From positions 34,286,001 to 34,350,000 of the forward strand of contig OZ076415.1 of NCBI GenBank assembly GCA_964187785.1: DNA of 64,000 bases. The letters are read 5' to 3'. Positions within the stretch are counted from its first letter, which is position 1, and the number at the start of each line of letters is the position of its first letter. Positions 1 through 12,400 of the stretch are shown in pieces. The DNA is from Amphiscolops sp. MND2022. Its lineage: Eukaryota. A program made the position numbers and the translations under genes. The notes under the pieces were generated by a model. That model had not been told where the DNA came from. It searched no databases and was given only the letters and a program-made list of their open reading frames with translations.

Positions 1-165
1 GGTTTCAGGTGAAGCATGTAGAACTTTTATAATACCGTTTTTGTCCAGTTCGAGCTAAATGGAAAAAATGACGAAAATAATATAGTCGGGCAGTTTCGTA
101 TATGACGAACTACAAAAGTTCTCCTTACAGCCAATGGAACGAAAGTTTCCATTTTTATTTTACAG

Positions 166-447
166 GAGACGTTGATTGACATTTCAAGAAGCACTGCTGA
201 GCAAGACATAACGACCACAAGCAGCGAATACGTTACAACCACCCTGGAAGAAAGCGAATCAGAAAAGGCTGACTCTTCAATTGTCAACTCAAGTACCGAA
301 ACGTCTTTAAACGAGACCATGGAAATAAACAAGGTCACTTCTGATGACGAACCTTCCGTTTCCGCGAGTCAACAGTCACGTGACGTGAACTCTGAGAGCG
401 AGACAGAAGCTGAGACTGGGACATCCAGTGCTTCTACTCAGAAAAAA
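166..447 (+). CDS. Exon of giant acidic gene (94 codons, ETLIDISRS...ASTQKK)
   Basis: tttattttacag|gag acceptor, aaa|gtgaat donor, phase 0-0. Confidence 0.8.
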
Positions 448-3400
448 GTGAATACTTTTCACTATTGTCACCACTTCTTTGTTATATCTTAATGTTTTCT
501 TAACTTATTTCTTATATCTTAACTTTTCCGACTTTTTACAAAATGAAACGAGACGCAAAAAAAAGACTGCGGCTTGACGTGGGAACCAGAGACGACCGGT
601 GGCGATATTCGAAATTTTGTTCAAAAAAATTTTTTAAAACAATATTTTGAACATACATGCTGTCGATTGACAAACATTTTGCCATTCGATTATTTGAATT
701 TGTAATTTGTTTCGACTGAGCTATATTTGGTCTACATCACTGCCTATAGTGGCTTCAAGATGCATTGTGTCCAAAAATGCCATATATGCTATCTCGAGTC
801 GACAAGTTACATAAAAACGATTTGTGTGTAGTCACTTAAATGTTGTGGATTTCAACTTTGCCGTCCAAAAAATAAGGATACGAAATATTTCCTCCAATGG
901 TCAATCTGTGGAAAAGATCTCAAACGAGGCAAATTTGTTTATACCAGGTCACTGGTGTACATCAATGGATTACCCTAAAGTTTCTGTCCGGGAATCAAAA
1001 ATAATAAGCTCACGTGCGACGGAATTATGCAAAAATATAGGCAGTGCTGGAAAAAAAACAACAAAAGTTACCCTATGGAATTATAAACTGGAAGCATCAA
1101 AAAACAATGAAGGACGTTTTGGTGAAACAAAAAAATCTAAAAAGTGGCAGAGAGTTTAAAAAAGTTCTGTCAGTCAAATGAATTTCAAAACTTGACCATT
1201 GTGAGATATCTAAGACTTTCCCGTCCTTTGGAGGCCAAAACTCTAGCCACTGGACCCACTGTCATTTTTATCGGAAGCTCTGGTAGTTTTTGTGACTGTC
1301 TTGAAAAAGCATCCTGTATAGTACTAATCAATCGCGCCTACCAAAAACATACATTTTAACACTGCCAAAACTTTGTGAACTTCATGAACTTACCTGTTGC
1401 TTGATTAAAGTTGATCGTTATCATTGAAGCTCAATTAAGGAAGTTTACATACTTTACAGAGTTTACATTATGGAAGTTTACTTACTTTCATTATGGACAA
1501 TGAAAATCAAGCAGCGTCGAAAATGTTAAGAACCTGTAACTAGATACGATCTTTTTCAGATGTAAAATGGTAATGAAAAATTTTGCGGTTCAGTAATTTT
1601 TCAAGTAAAATCAATTCCTTCTTTGAAATTGGAAAAATACCATAGCCCTGCTCTTATCTATGAAAATTAATTATTGAACGCTCAGCGCAGATTTCCCGAA
1701 AAAGCAAGCGTTTTAACAAATAGGATGCGTTGTATAGTTCGCGGCAAAAAAGATATGATAAAAACGGTTATTTCTCAACAACTAAAGTCGAAAGAAAACT
1801 GAAAATTATCATTACGAGACACATCTCGGTAACGAACTAGCAGGATCCTGCTAGTTCGATTTTTGACCAATCAGAGCGTGAAGATTATACAAAGCGGAAA
1901 TATGTACAATTATATTACCGTCAAATAAATTTCCCCTGCTCATGGTAACGGTAACATTGGGAAAAACGTTCCTGAATTGAGTTCATCAGATCTCTTTTAA
2001 TATCGGCCGTAATATTGTATTCAGATTCCAAGATTTTTTCTAGTAATTCAGCTTTTGTTCTTGAGCAAGTTTTTTCGACATGTTGTTTAAGTATGTGCCA
2101 AGTGTTTTCATTAGACGTCAAGTCAAGAAAATTGGCGGGCCTCTGCAAAATCTGCGAGTTGTTTTCAATGAAAATTGTTTCGTATCTTTTGCCGTATGGA
2201 CCGTCGCACCATCTTGTTCAAGTATCCAGCCATCTTCGAACAAAGCATTGTCATACGGAATGAACTCTCGGGTAATATCCCAATATGTGGATCTATTATT
2301 TCCATTTCTTTCCATAACTTCGAGATGACAACCATTGTAAGTAAGGCAGTCCAAACCAAATTTGACAGTAAACTTTGGCATCTTTTTCACTGGTTTCAGT
2401 GAGTTTGAGAAACTCCAAACTTTTAATGTTTTGCCGGGTAGTTGGAACACGCCCACATCTGTTACGAAAACATTGTCAAAGTTGAAGTGTTTCCCTTCTG
2501 TACGAAAGTTCAGGCGACTTTTTTATGTCAAAGTGATTGCGGGGACGTTTTTCGGAATAATTTTGCAAACACCAATTTTTGAGTTTCTTTGTATTGTTTT
2601 GGTATTGGGATATTTCCCACTTTTCTTCGCTAGCTCTTGATTTATGTTTCGGCGGATTCAGGTGTTTTCTTCATACGAGCAAGGTGACGTAATCACTTAC
2701 GGTCATTGACGTCGAAAATGGGAGGCCGGCCGCTCTCTAAACTCTCTTCATTCTGCAGGGCCCTGTGAGTTCTGTTGAACTTTTAGGAAGACTACATAGT
2801 TTGCGGAGTTGCGATTTATTTTGGGAAACAGTATGGTAGAGATATTGAAGTTGATTTCATTCAACTTCATGTTTTATTAACGTTAGAAAAAAATTTCACA
2901 TGAGGCGTGATCAAAGTTTTCAAACACCAGTTTTTACGTATGAAGATTCTTAAGAGTATTTGCATTCGATTTTAGTTTGGTACAAATCCCTAAATTCAAT
3001 AGGTCACGCACACTGAGGGTTAGAAATTTAGTTGGAGAATTTTTAAGTGGTTCATTTTTTGCCGCCAATTGTAGAAGTACTTGCACTACAAACAGTTTCT
3101 CTCAAAACAAGCCGGGATATGCTCGAGGTCGGTTCACTCTATTGAGCTTGGAGCGTTTTAACCACCGGACGAATATCAAGATCAACTTTCATAATTGCGG
3201 CTGACCTATCGTTTTGTCCTATTCTTTTAAAAAAGAAGTACCACCAATAGACTTGCAATTTAAACAAACTAAAACCGCCGACCAAAAACAGTTTTATATG
3301 GAACACCTTACCACAGATTACATAAAGAATGCAATATTATTACATGACTACGAATAGCAAAAAGCGAAGTAAGGCAACCTTGTTATGATTTAAAAAGTCT

Positions 3401-6400
3401 TAGTGGGACTACTATTTTAAATGATTTTGAAATCAAACTTCTGATTTTAATCATTTTATATTAAACTAGTTTTTACGGAAGCGTTAATTGTTTTAGTAAT
3501 AAAGATCAATACAGGGTTTTTCCCAGCATTTTACTAGTCGTTATTTCCCCCCACAAATTTATTTGCGAATTGGGGAGGAAAATTATTATCTGTGTTGCGT
3601 TTTTTAACCAATTCTACCAAACCTCCACGATCTCCATCTACTTCAGTTAGTACCTAATTTAGTTACTTTGGCTCAGTCGGTAGTGCGTTTGCCTGGCAGA
3701 CACGAGGTCGTGGGTTCGAGCACGTGCTGATGCGTTACATTTTTAGCGGAAAATATTCCGGTGCTAAGCGGGCGTGTTGTTTTCAATTCTCCGTTTTCAG
3801 GTTTTATCATCAAGGAATGAAGCAGAAGCTGATTCCGACACCGACGAGGAGATTGTCCCTGTTGTTCGCAAGGTGCCCGATCCTATTTTGTTCACTGGGT
3901 TGTCATCGAATGACTCGTTAATGGAAGGAAACGAGCTGTCTACTTTTGTTCCAAATTACATCTCCGAGGTTTGTTCCAGTATACATATTCGAAGAAGCAA
4001 CTTTAAACACGTTAGAGTGAACTTTCTCCTTTTTTATATTTTTCTAAATGCAAAAGAAAGATAAGAAGGATGTAAAGTTCACTGACAAAGATTTTTGACT
4101 GGTGTGGAGTAATTTTCAAAAGAAAATTTATGTTTCTCTCGCTCTAAACTGGCTAAAATTAACAACTCGCTGTCAAATAGGGCCGTATTTGGAGGTTAAT
4201 AAATTGAAGCACATTGAAAGTTTCAAGCATCAAAAACCGAACTTTTAAGCCTTGTTGAAAAAATGAATAAAATACTATGCCATTTCTAAAAATCAGGTTT
4301 TTATTACTTCGTTAAGTTGTTGTTAAGCTTAGCTAGAATCATAGTAGATCAATGAAATTTGTCAGGTTTTTCTAACTTTCTATTTTTGCATTGTCTCTAG
4401 GTTGTAGTCAAAATACGACTCAGAATTTTGTTATTTTCCGACCCCACATTTTAAAAATGGGGGAGGAAAATCATGATCTGTGACGCGTTTTTTTCCAAAT
4501 TTTGCCAAATCTCCACAATCTCCACCTTTTGATTACTTGACTATTTTATATAGCTACTGGTAACTAAAATAGTCAAGTACAGTAGAATCTGCCTAATTCG
4601 TATCACTGGGGACCGAATAAAGTAGTACGAATAGTGAGAAATACGAAATAACCGAATGATGTTACTTTGGTCTTCGCGAAATGGGGATCTAAGAAACATA
4701 CGAATTAAACGAAGATCCAAATTATCCGGATACGAATTAACCGGAGTTGACTGTAACTAAAATAGCATACAGCGGGAATAATATCTAAAGTCAAAAAAGG
4801 GAATAAGATCTAAAGGGAATAAGATCTAAAATTTCAGGGCGGGAATAAGATCTAAAAGGAATAAGATTCAAAATCACTAAATTTTAGATCTTATTCTTTC
4901 GATCCTATTCCCCCCTCCCAAAGTAGCTATGGCTCAGTTGGTGAAGGCGAACAGGGCGGAAAATATCCCGGTGCTTAGCGGGCGTCTTGTTGTTTTTAGT
5001 CAGTAAGAAGTTCGGTTAGACTAGATGGGGAAGAAAACACTTTAATTAAAAAGACATCCCTTCAAACGGTATGTGTTAAGTAAGACATCTCCGGCAGAGA
5101 TACCATACAAAAGCGCCCCATTCAAAGGCGACTGGCGGTTTTCAATCGGAGCATCACAAAGTGAAACACGGCTTTAATAGTGGCCTTTTTTCAATCCTCA
5201 CGAACTGAACACCAAAATAGCATTCTGAAAAATTTAAGTGGCCAAATTGTACCATTTGACACAAGGAACTGAACCATAATAGTTCTTCCTTCTTCCGTAA
5301 CAAAACCAGACGAGACTAAAGGGTCGTCTTTCGATTTTTTTCGGCACTCTGAGACTTTTTTCGAAAATTTTTCAATGTCTCCGAAGGATCACCTTTCATT
5401 TTTTGAGATTTGACAATATTGGATGTTAAAAAATCCAAAATGGTCCCCTTTGTTTTTTCGGGTACTATGGAAGAGAATACTTAAGCTTTGAAATCATTTA
5501 GCTATTTTTGAGCCTTAAGCGGGGTTCCGACTTATACCGTTCCCGGCTTGTTTATAATATTGGTAGTCACTCCAAATGAATATTTATCAGTTTTTTTCTT
5601 AACACGATGCATTAATACGTTGCTCCATTAAGAATTAAATAAATAATCTTTCAGAAGTAACAAAATTGGCTGTTTGAATGAGATTTGATCGGTGTGAAAA
5701 TGCTAAATTGGGAGTATTCATTCAGCGCTTCCAATTCAGTTCAATTAGAAGGGGAACAATTAAACTAGAACATTAGCGAGGCGCATCACATTGGCACGAT
5801 TATGCAAAATGGGCGCTTTTGACCAGGCGCTTTTGTCTGTACACGCTTCGAAATACAGATAATTGGTTTGATCTTTGAATGGTTTTCTCAATGAAATGAA
5901 ATTAAATGGGTTGATCTTTTCCATGTGGTTCCATGTTTTTCCTACATAAAATCATATGGTCTTACGTGATAATTTTCTATACATATTGACCCGAAGTCAT
6001 TAGATATTTATTGTGCCGACGCAATGTCGATGCATTGCAATTTCACGAAACATCCTTTTTGTGATAAAATTTAGATAAAAACTTTTCACTAGTCTCTCGT
6101 AATACTTCTAGAAAAAATAATGGGAATGTAGATGGTCAAATTTACTGAACGTGACTTAATCTTCAGTAATGTATCCAAGGTAAATTTGCTTGTATTCAAG
6201 TACGATAAAAGTCTGGACCTAGTCACACCAACAACCCCATCAGGATATCCGGAAGATGACTTTAGTGTAGCCAGTGAAGACGATATCTCAGTTCAGATTC
6301 GGAAACCCCCAGAAGCCTTCTCTGATCAAAATGTGGTTGATGAACCTTCAGATGAGAAACTTGATGAAGCAGCTGAAACCGATCAGCAAAGAATTCATTT

Positions 6401-9400
6401 AACGGAAGAAAAGTTCCCAGAAAACCTCCATGTTGATGTTTTTGAAGTTGCTGGGTTCGGGGACGGAACAAAGGTATTGATATTATTTTTGAACCTTCAT
6501 TTCATCACCGGAGCCGAAAAAGCAATTTTTTCGATAGCTAATGTGCTCTTGGTATTAAAAAAATGTATAATCCTCGGAGACTATAATTCGTTTTGAAAAA
6601 GGAAAGAATCCAATACTCCTATTCCAAATGTATTATCGGCACACAATGATGAAACAGTTAATCTGTACAAAATGACAAAACTGACATATGAGCATATAGT
6701 TGTTGACAAATATTAATAAACATAATTTCGAGATAGCAAATGAGTACTGAATAGAAAAACATATTTTTTTTATTTTTGTAAGTACCAAATATTTTCAGTT
6801 ACCGGGATTCGAACCCGCGATCTACGGCTTTAGAATCAAGCGCACTAACCGTTCGGCTATAGCGCCTCTGATTGGCTAATTTTTATTTGCTATATAACAT
6901 CCTCTGGGCCCAAGAAAATGCCATCATTATCTTTTTGCAAAAACAAAAAATACTTTTTATTTTCAATTACACGAAACAGTTTACATGGATTTTCAGATTA
7001 TATGTTAAATGTTATTGTTTCAGCGGTACATGTTAAACAAATACAATCAAAGTTTCGGATCGAATAATGAAACTAATGGGATTCGGAATCGGGAACTGGT
7101 AGGACGGGGCATAACTTCACAACGGGACGAACAAGACAACCGGTACTGGTCTATACTTCAGCGGAGCATGCAACGGCATCGCAACCGAGGTTCAACTTAA
7201 CAACTCGGCCTAGTGGATAATGTCCTCTTGGACTCGTTGGTTCGACGATCCAAACTAGGTCTCCGGTCCTGAGTTGTCGATGTTCAACTTCAGCACGCTG
7301 GTGTGATGGTAAAACGGAACCCGCAGTTCCTAACAAAAAGTGGTTTGGGGTCAAAGCGTCCAAATCCGTGGCATCAGGGCTAGCTGGAACTAACGGTCGT
7401 GCGTTCAGACTTTGTTCAACAAAGCAAAACGTGGTTATCAAGACCTCATCAGATAAGCGTCTGTTTCCGAGAATTGCGTAGAAAACGTGTTTGAAGCTTC
7501 TAACTACTCGTTCCCAGATGCCTCCATGGTGGGGGGCACTAGGTGGTTGAACTTCCAGAGTATACGCTTTTTGACGAGAGTTTCAGCCAAGACTTGTTGG
7601 TTCCAACTGGTGATGTTCTGTAGGAGTTCTTTTTCACTGGATATGAAGTTGGTTCCGTTGTCTGACCATAAAACTGATGGGGTACCGCGGCGGGCTGTAA
7701 ACCTTTCGATTCCCATTACGCAGCTGCTAGTGTCCATGGAAGGCACAACTCCGAAGTGTACAGCTCGTGTAGTCAAACAAATAGGAATCCCCATCTTTTC
7801 TCGGTCGATCTTTTCACAGAAACGTAGAATGGACCAAAGTAGTCTACGCCAGTGTTGGTGAAAGGAGGCTCCTTGAAGGCAAGTCTTTCTCGAGGAAGAT
7901 CAGCCATCATCGGACTGATAGTTTCCGCTCGACGTTTTCGACAAGTTACACATCTCTGAACTATTGTCCTCAAGGCGGTTCTAAGTTTGACGATGGCGAA
8001 CTGTTGCTGTACCAACGCCCTCAAGTAGTCCACACCCTGGTGGCAATGAGATCTGTGTAAATGTTCGAGGAATAAACGTGTAACTAAATGGCGACTGTCC
8101 AGTAAGACGAGAAGTTTTGCGTCAAAACAAGATACATCAAGTCGTTTTGTTCTACCAGTTGCTCGAAGTAAACCGTTGGGTCCAACGAAGGGGGAGAACT
8201 GTAAAAGTTTAGAGGATCTGCTGAGCGGGGAGGTCTTCAGCAGTAGCTTCTTTTCTATAGGGAAAGATTCCGATTGCGCCAGGTAGAAAAGCTTCCTTTG
8301 TGCAATCTCTAGTTCGCTTGGGTCCGTGATGGTACCCGTTTTGGAGCGGTAGGCCTCATTTTTTGGTATCAGACGCATCAGGTAGGCAACAACACGCAAA
8401 AGTTTCTCGAAGGAGCTATACTTATGCCACTCGAAAGTTGATGTGTTGATGTCCACATTGGAACTGAGAGCAATCTCAGTTTTGAGCGAAGGCCTTTCTG
8501 TACTTTGGTCGTTAAAGTCAGTTTTCAGTTTAAATTTTGAATGTTCCGATGGTTTGAACGGCCAATCGGGCGTTTTCAGAAACTCCGGTCCATTTAGTCA
8601 ATCGCTGCTCACTAATGATTTTGCTGAGAGGCCTCGCGTGCCTGCATCTGCAGGGTTTTCGCTAGATTTAACGTAATTCCACTCGTCTGTCGTTGTAAGG
8701 TCCAAAATCTCCGCCACGCGGTTCGCAACGAAGATTGGTTGCTTATCCAGAGAGTGTATCCACTGCAGAACAGTTGTGCTGTCGGACCACATGAAAGTCT
8801 TACTTATCTCCAGTGACAGGGCTTTCTCAACTTCTTTTCTAAGCCTTGCTGCTAGTAACGAAGTTTGTAGTTCAAGTTTTGGAATTGTCAGGGCTTTCAT
8901 GGGGGCGACTCTGGCCTTTCCGAATACAAAGGCGAGTTGTGTTTGTTCTCGGTTTTCCCTCTTGACAACCTTGGCACGTAGGAACGCGGCAGCGCTGAAC
9001 ACGTCTTGGGAACTATCACCAAACAGGTGAAGTTCCAACGTTTCGACTTTTCCCGGGAAAAAAGCTCGTGGGATGACGATGTCGACTAGGCCTGGTAGTT
9101 CTTCACTCCATTCAAGGAACTTGGTTACAACTTCAAGTGGTAAGTCGTCATCCCTTTGTTGTCCACTTAACCTCCAGATGTCTTTTAGCAGTAGTCGTGC
9201 TTTGACGGTATACGGTGCGACAAGTCTAATCGGGTGGTACACTGAAGAGACTAAACTCAGAACGATCCTTTGAGTTACTTTTGGCTTGACTTCAGGGTTC
9301 GTGCCACGACTGACTACGAGGGTGTCGGTACTATGGTTCCACTTTAGTCCCAACACATGTGACGAGTTTTCGGTGCTCGGGATTTCTTTACTTTCGGTTG

Positions 9401-12400
9401 GTGACGTGGGGTCAGTTTTCAGCTGTGGCGGAATGGTAGGCACGTTTGAGACGAACTTAGTTAGCTTAAAGCCACCTAATGAAAGCAAATTCACTAGATC
9501 CTTAGCTTTCCTGGTAGCTTCTTCTGCGGTTGGGCTGGATTCCAAGTAGTCATCCATGTAGAAGTTGTTGATGACGCTTTGGGCGGCTTCGGGGAAACTG
9601 TGATGCATTGTCGGTTGCTGTTCGTCTCAGGGCATGTGAGTCCTTGGATCCGAAGATGTGACGAACATACTGGAATACAGCAACTTCGGATGCTGGATCT
9701 TCGCGCCACAGAAAACGAAGTGAAGGTCTGTCGTCTGGAATGACACCGACTTGTAAAAACATTCCTCAATGTCAGCGGATACAGCGTGTGGATGTTGGCG
9801 GAATCGAATCAAAATGTGGATCAGATTCTGTAATAAAACTGGTCCGGTCAAAAGCAAGTTGTTTAAGGACTGACCTTGAAACTTGGCGGCGCCGTTCAAC
9901 ACACGTCGAAATTTGCCCGGTTTGTGGGGATGAACTACGGGGTGGTGCGGAAGGTACCACTCGCGGACTTCATTCACTTTGAAACAATCGCCTTTGTCGA
10001 CGTTCACAATGTACCCCTTTGAAAATTCGTCCTGAATAGTTTTGGAGTATCGCTCTTTCAAATCTGCGTCTTTCGCGAGACGGCGTTCTAGCGATATGAG
10101 CTGGACGAGTGCTGAAAAGTAATTGTTCGGTAAACTACTATCGTCCTTAGCCCAAAGCATACCAACCTGGTATCGGGACCCGTCGTGGTATGTCGTGTCG
10201 TCAAGTATCTTCTCCGCTCTCGCATCGGCAGCGGAACGGGAGTCTACCTGTTTGAATGCTCCGTATGATTCCATATCATACCAGCTACGGAGTTGGTTAG
10301 CTAGTTCTGAATCGACGTCTTTGTTAGTAGAAACAGCCTTGAAACATGTCGAATAAAATCCAGAAGTCGATGGAAGAGGTCCACTTAATACCCAGACCAA
10401 CGGTATACGGACGGCAACTGGAGTATTCTTACGGTCGGAATCGAAATACTCCAGCGGGCGGATAAAGTGAAACACGTCCTGACCTAGGATCATGTCGACG
10501 TCGGCATAGCTGTACTTCTGCAAAGATATTGGTTCCAAGTGAGGGTACTTTGTTTTCAGGTAGTTCACGTCGATCGTGTCGGTTCCCACATTCAGGTTTT
10601 CTCGGACGTATGGTTTGATGGTGAAAGGGGAGCAAGAGCCACTCGAATGAACCGGTGTCAACTTGAGCTCCACTATCTCCGTACTAATAACTTGATGGGA
10701 GTTAATCCCGTGTACAGTAAGTTTCGTCGGTACGCCTTGAACTTTCAATCTATTTGCCAATCTCGCAGAAATCCATGAATGGCTACAGGCTGAATCGCGC
10801 AGCGCTAAAACCTTTCCAGAGGTTGCTGTAGAATGCAATTCGACTTCCGGTATCTGCAGAAGACCCTCAACGTCCGTGACGGAAGGTAGGCCTGAGCTTG
10901 CTTCTAACTGCTCGTTTATCTTTGTTGCTCCGACACAGGTAGAAGATTCGGGATTTCGTGGTTTCGTTACTTGGTTCTTATTCGGAAAGATCCGGTCGGC
11001 CCCATGTAAAAACGTCTTGTGAGTGCTTCACATTTGCGGGGTTGCGGGCATTGACGGAAGGAATGATTGGCATTGAAACAAGAGAAACAAAGCTTGTTGT
11101 CGGTAACTAACTTTGCGCTCTCTGTGGGAGTTTTCTTACGGAACACCGGACATCTCCACAGAGGATGTTTCTCTTTACACGCCACACAATTTGGTAGTCT
11201 GTCGGACTTCGGTTTTGATGTGCTGTTTTGTTGGTTGTTTGATGTCGTTGCCGCGAACACTTTCGAAGTTGTCTTGGTTTTGTTGACACTTGGTTGGGGA
11301 TTTTCGTCCGACTTTGGTTTGCCCGATGCAGTCTTCATTCGTTCGTGAGCTTCAGTTTTATCTTTCAACCACTCATTGAAATCAATTAGTGTTGTTCGAT
11401 CTAAACTACGCTTAACGGTGTGCATCGACCAAGCCTCCTTCTTGTTTGGTGGGAGCTTTTGCACTGCTTGACCGAGTAGTGATGCACTTGACAGGTCTTG
11501 GTTGTATTTGAGCGATCGGAATACACCAACTAACGAACTTACAGTTGCAGAGTAGCTTATGATACTCTCGCTGTTGTGCATTTTCACCGGGGGTACATTT
11601 GCAAGTTTATCCAAGTATGCAGTCATTACTGCTTGAGGTTGTCCAAATTTGCGTTCAAGTGTTTTGAGAGCATCTTTGTACATGGCCCCACAGTAGGCAA
11701 ATTCGGCAATGGCGACCTTAGCTTTCCCGGTCACCAATGTTTTGAGATATGTCAGCTTGACATCATCTGTCAGAGGGGCAGAGTCAATGGGAGGACTTTT
11801 CGGATTGAGGACATTGATCGATGTACTCCCTTGCTTTCTGCAGTATTCTGTCATTTTCCACGGTGACATCATCTAACCACTTCTCTAGGCCGTCAGTTAT
11901 AGTTACTGGGTCGTTTGACTTCTTCGCGAGCTCCAACAGCTGCTCGTTCTTCGCAAAGGCTTTAGTCATTGTTTCGTTGCAATATGCAACTAATCGTTCA
12001 ACGCGAACGCGTCGTTCAGATTTGTTCACGGCATCGATGATATCTTTCTGGAACTTTTTCAACTCTGTTTCGATCTTTAAACGGCTGTCATGAAGCTTCT
12101 GAATCTTCTCTAACATGGGGTCGGTCATCGTTAATCGGAAATTGGTCAAACAACTTCAATCAAAAGTGGAACGGAATCTTTTTGGGCGTCAACCAAACTG
12201 TTAAGTCTGGACACAGTCCAAAACGATCAATATCCGAAAAAGGGGGCGTTTTGTTACCAGTAATGTAACGGTTGACAGTGGTGCTTCTGCACGAAGCGTG
12301 GAAGATTATTTTGTTTGGGTGAAAAGTAGTCTGGGACTACGAGGACGAAGACAAAGAACTTAAAGGTGCGCTCAAGGCGCTAACTCAGTGAGAAAGGTAG

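Noticed and set aside
824-1359. ORFs of 111 and 71 aa in the first intron
   Set aside because: No motifs, no matching splice context or composition; likely chance or very old repeat
6474-6596. Shared C-terminus CIILGDYNSF in ORFs 6132-6596 and 13794-14210
   Set aside because: Read-through into the two LTR copies on the antisense strand, not a gene duplication
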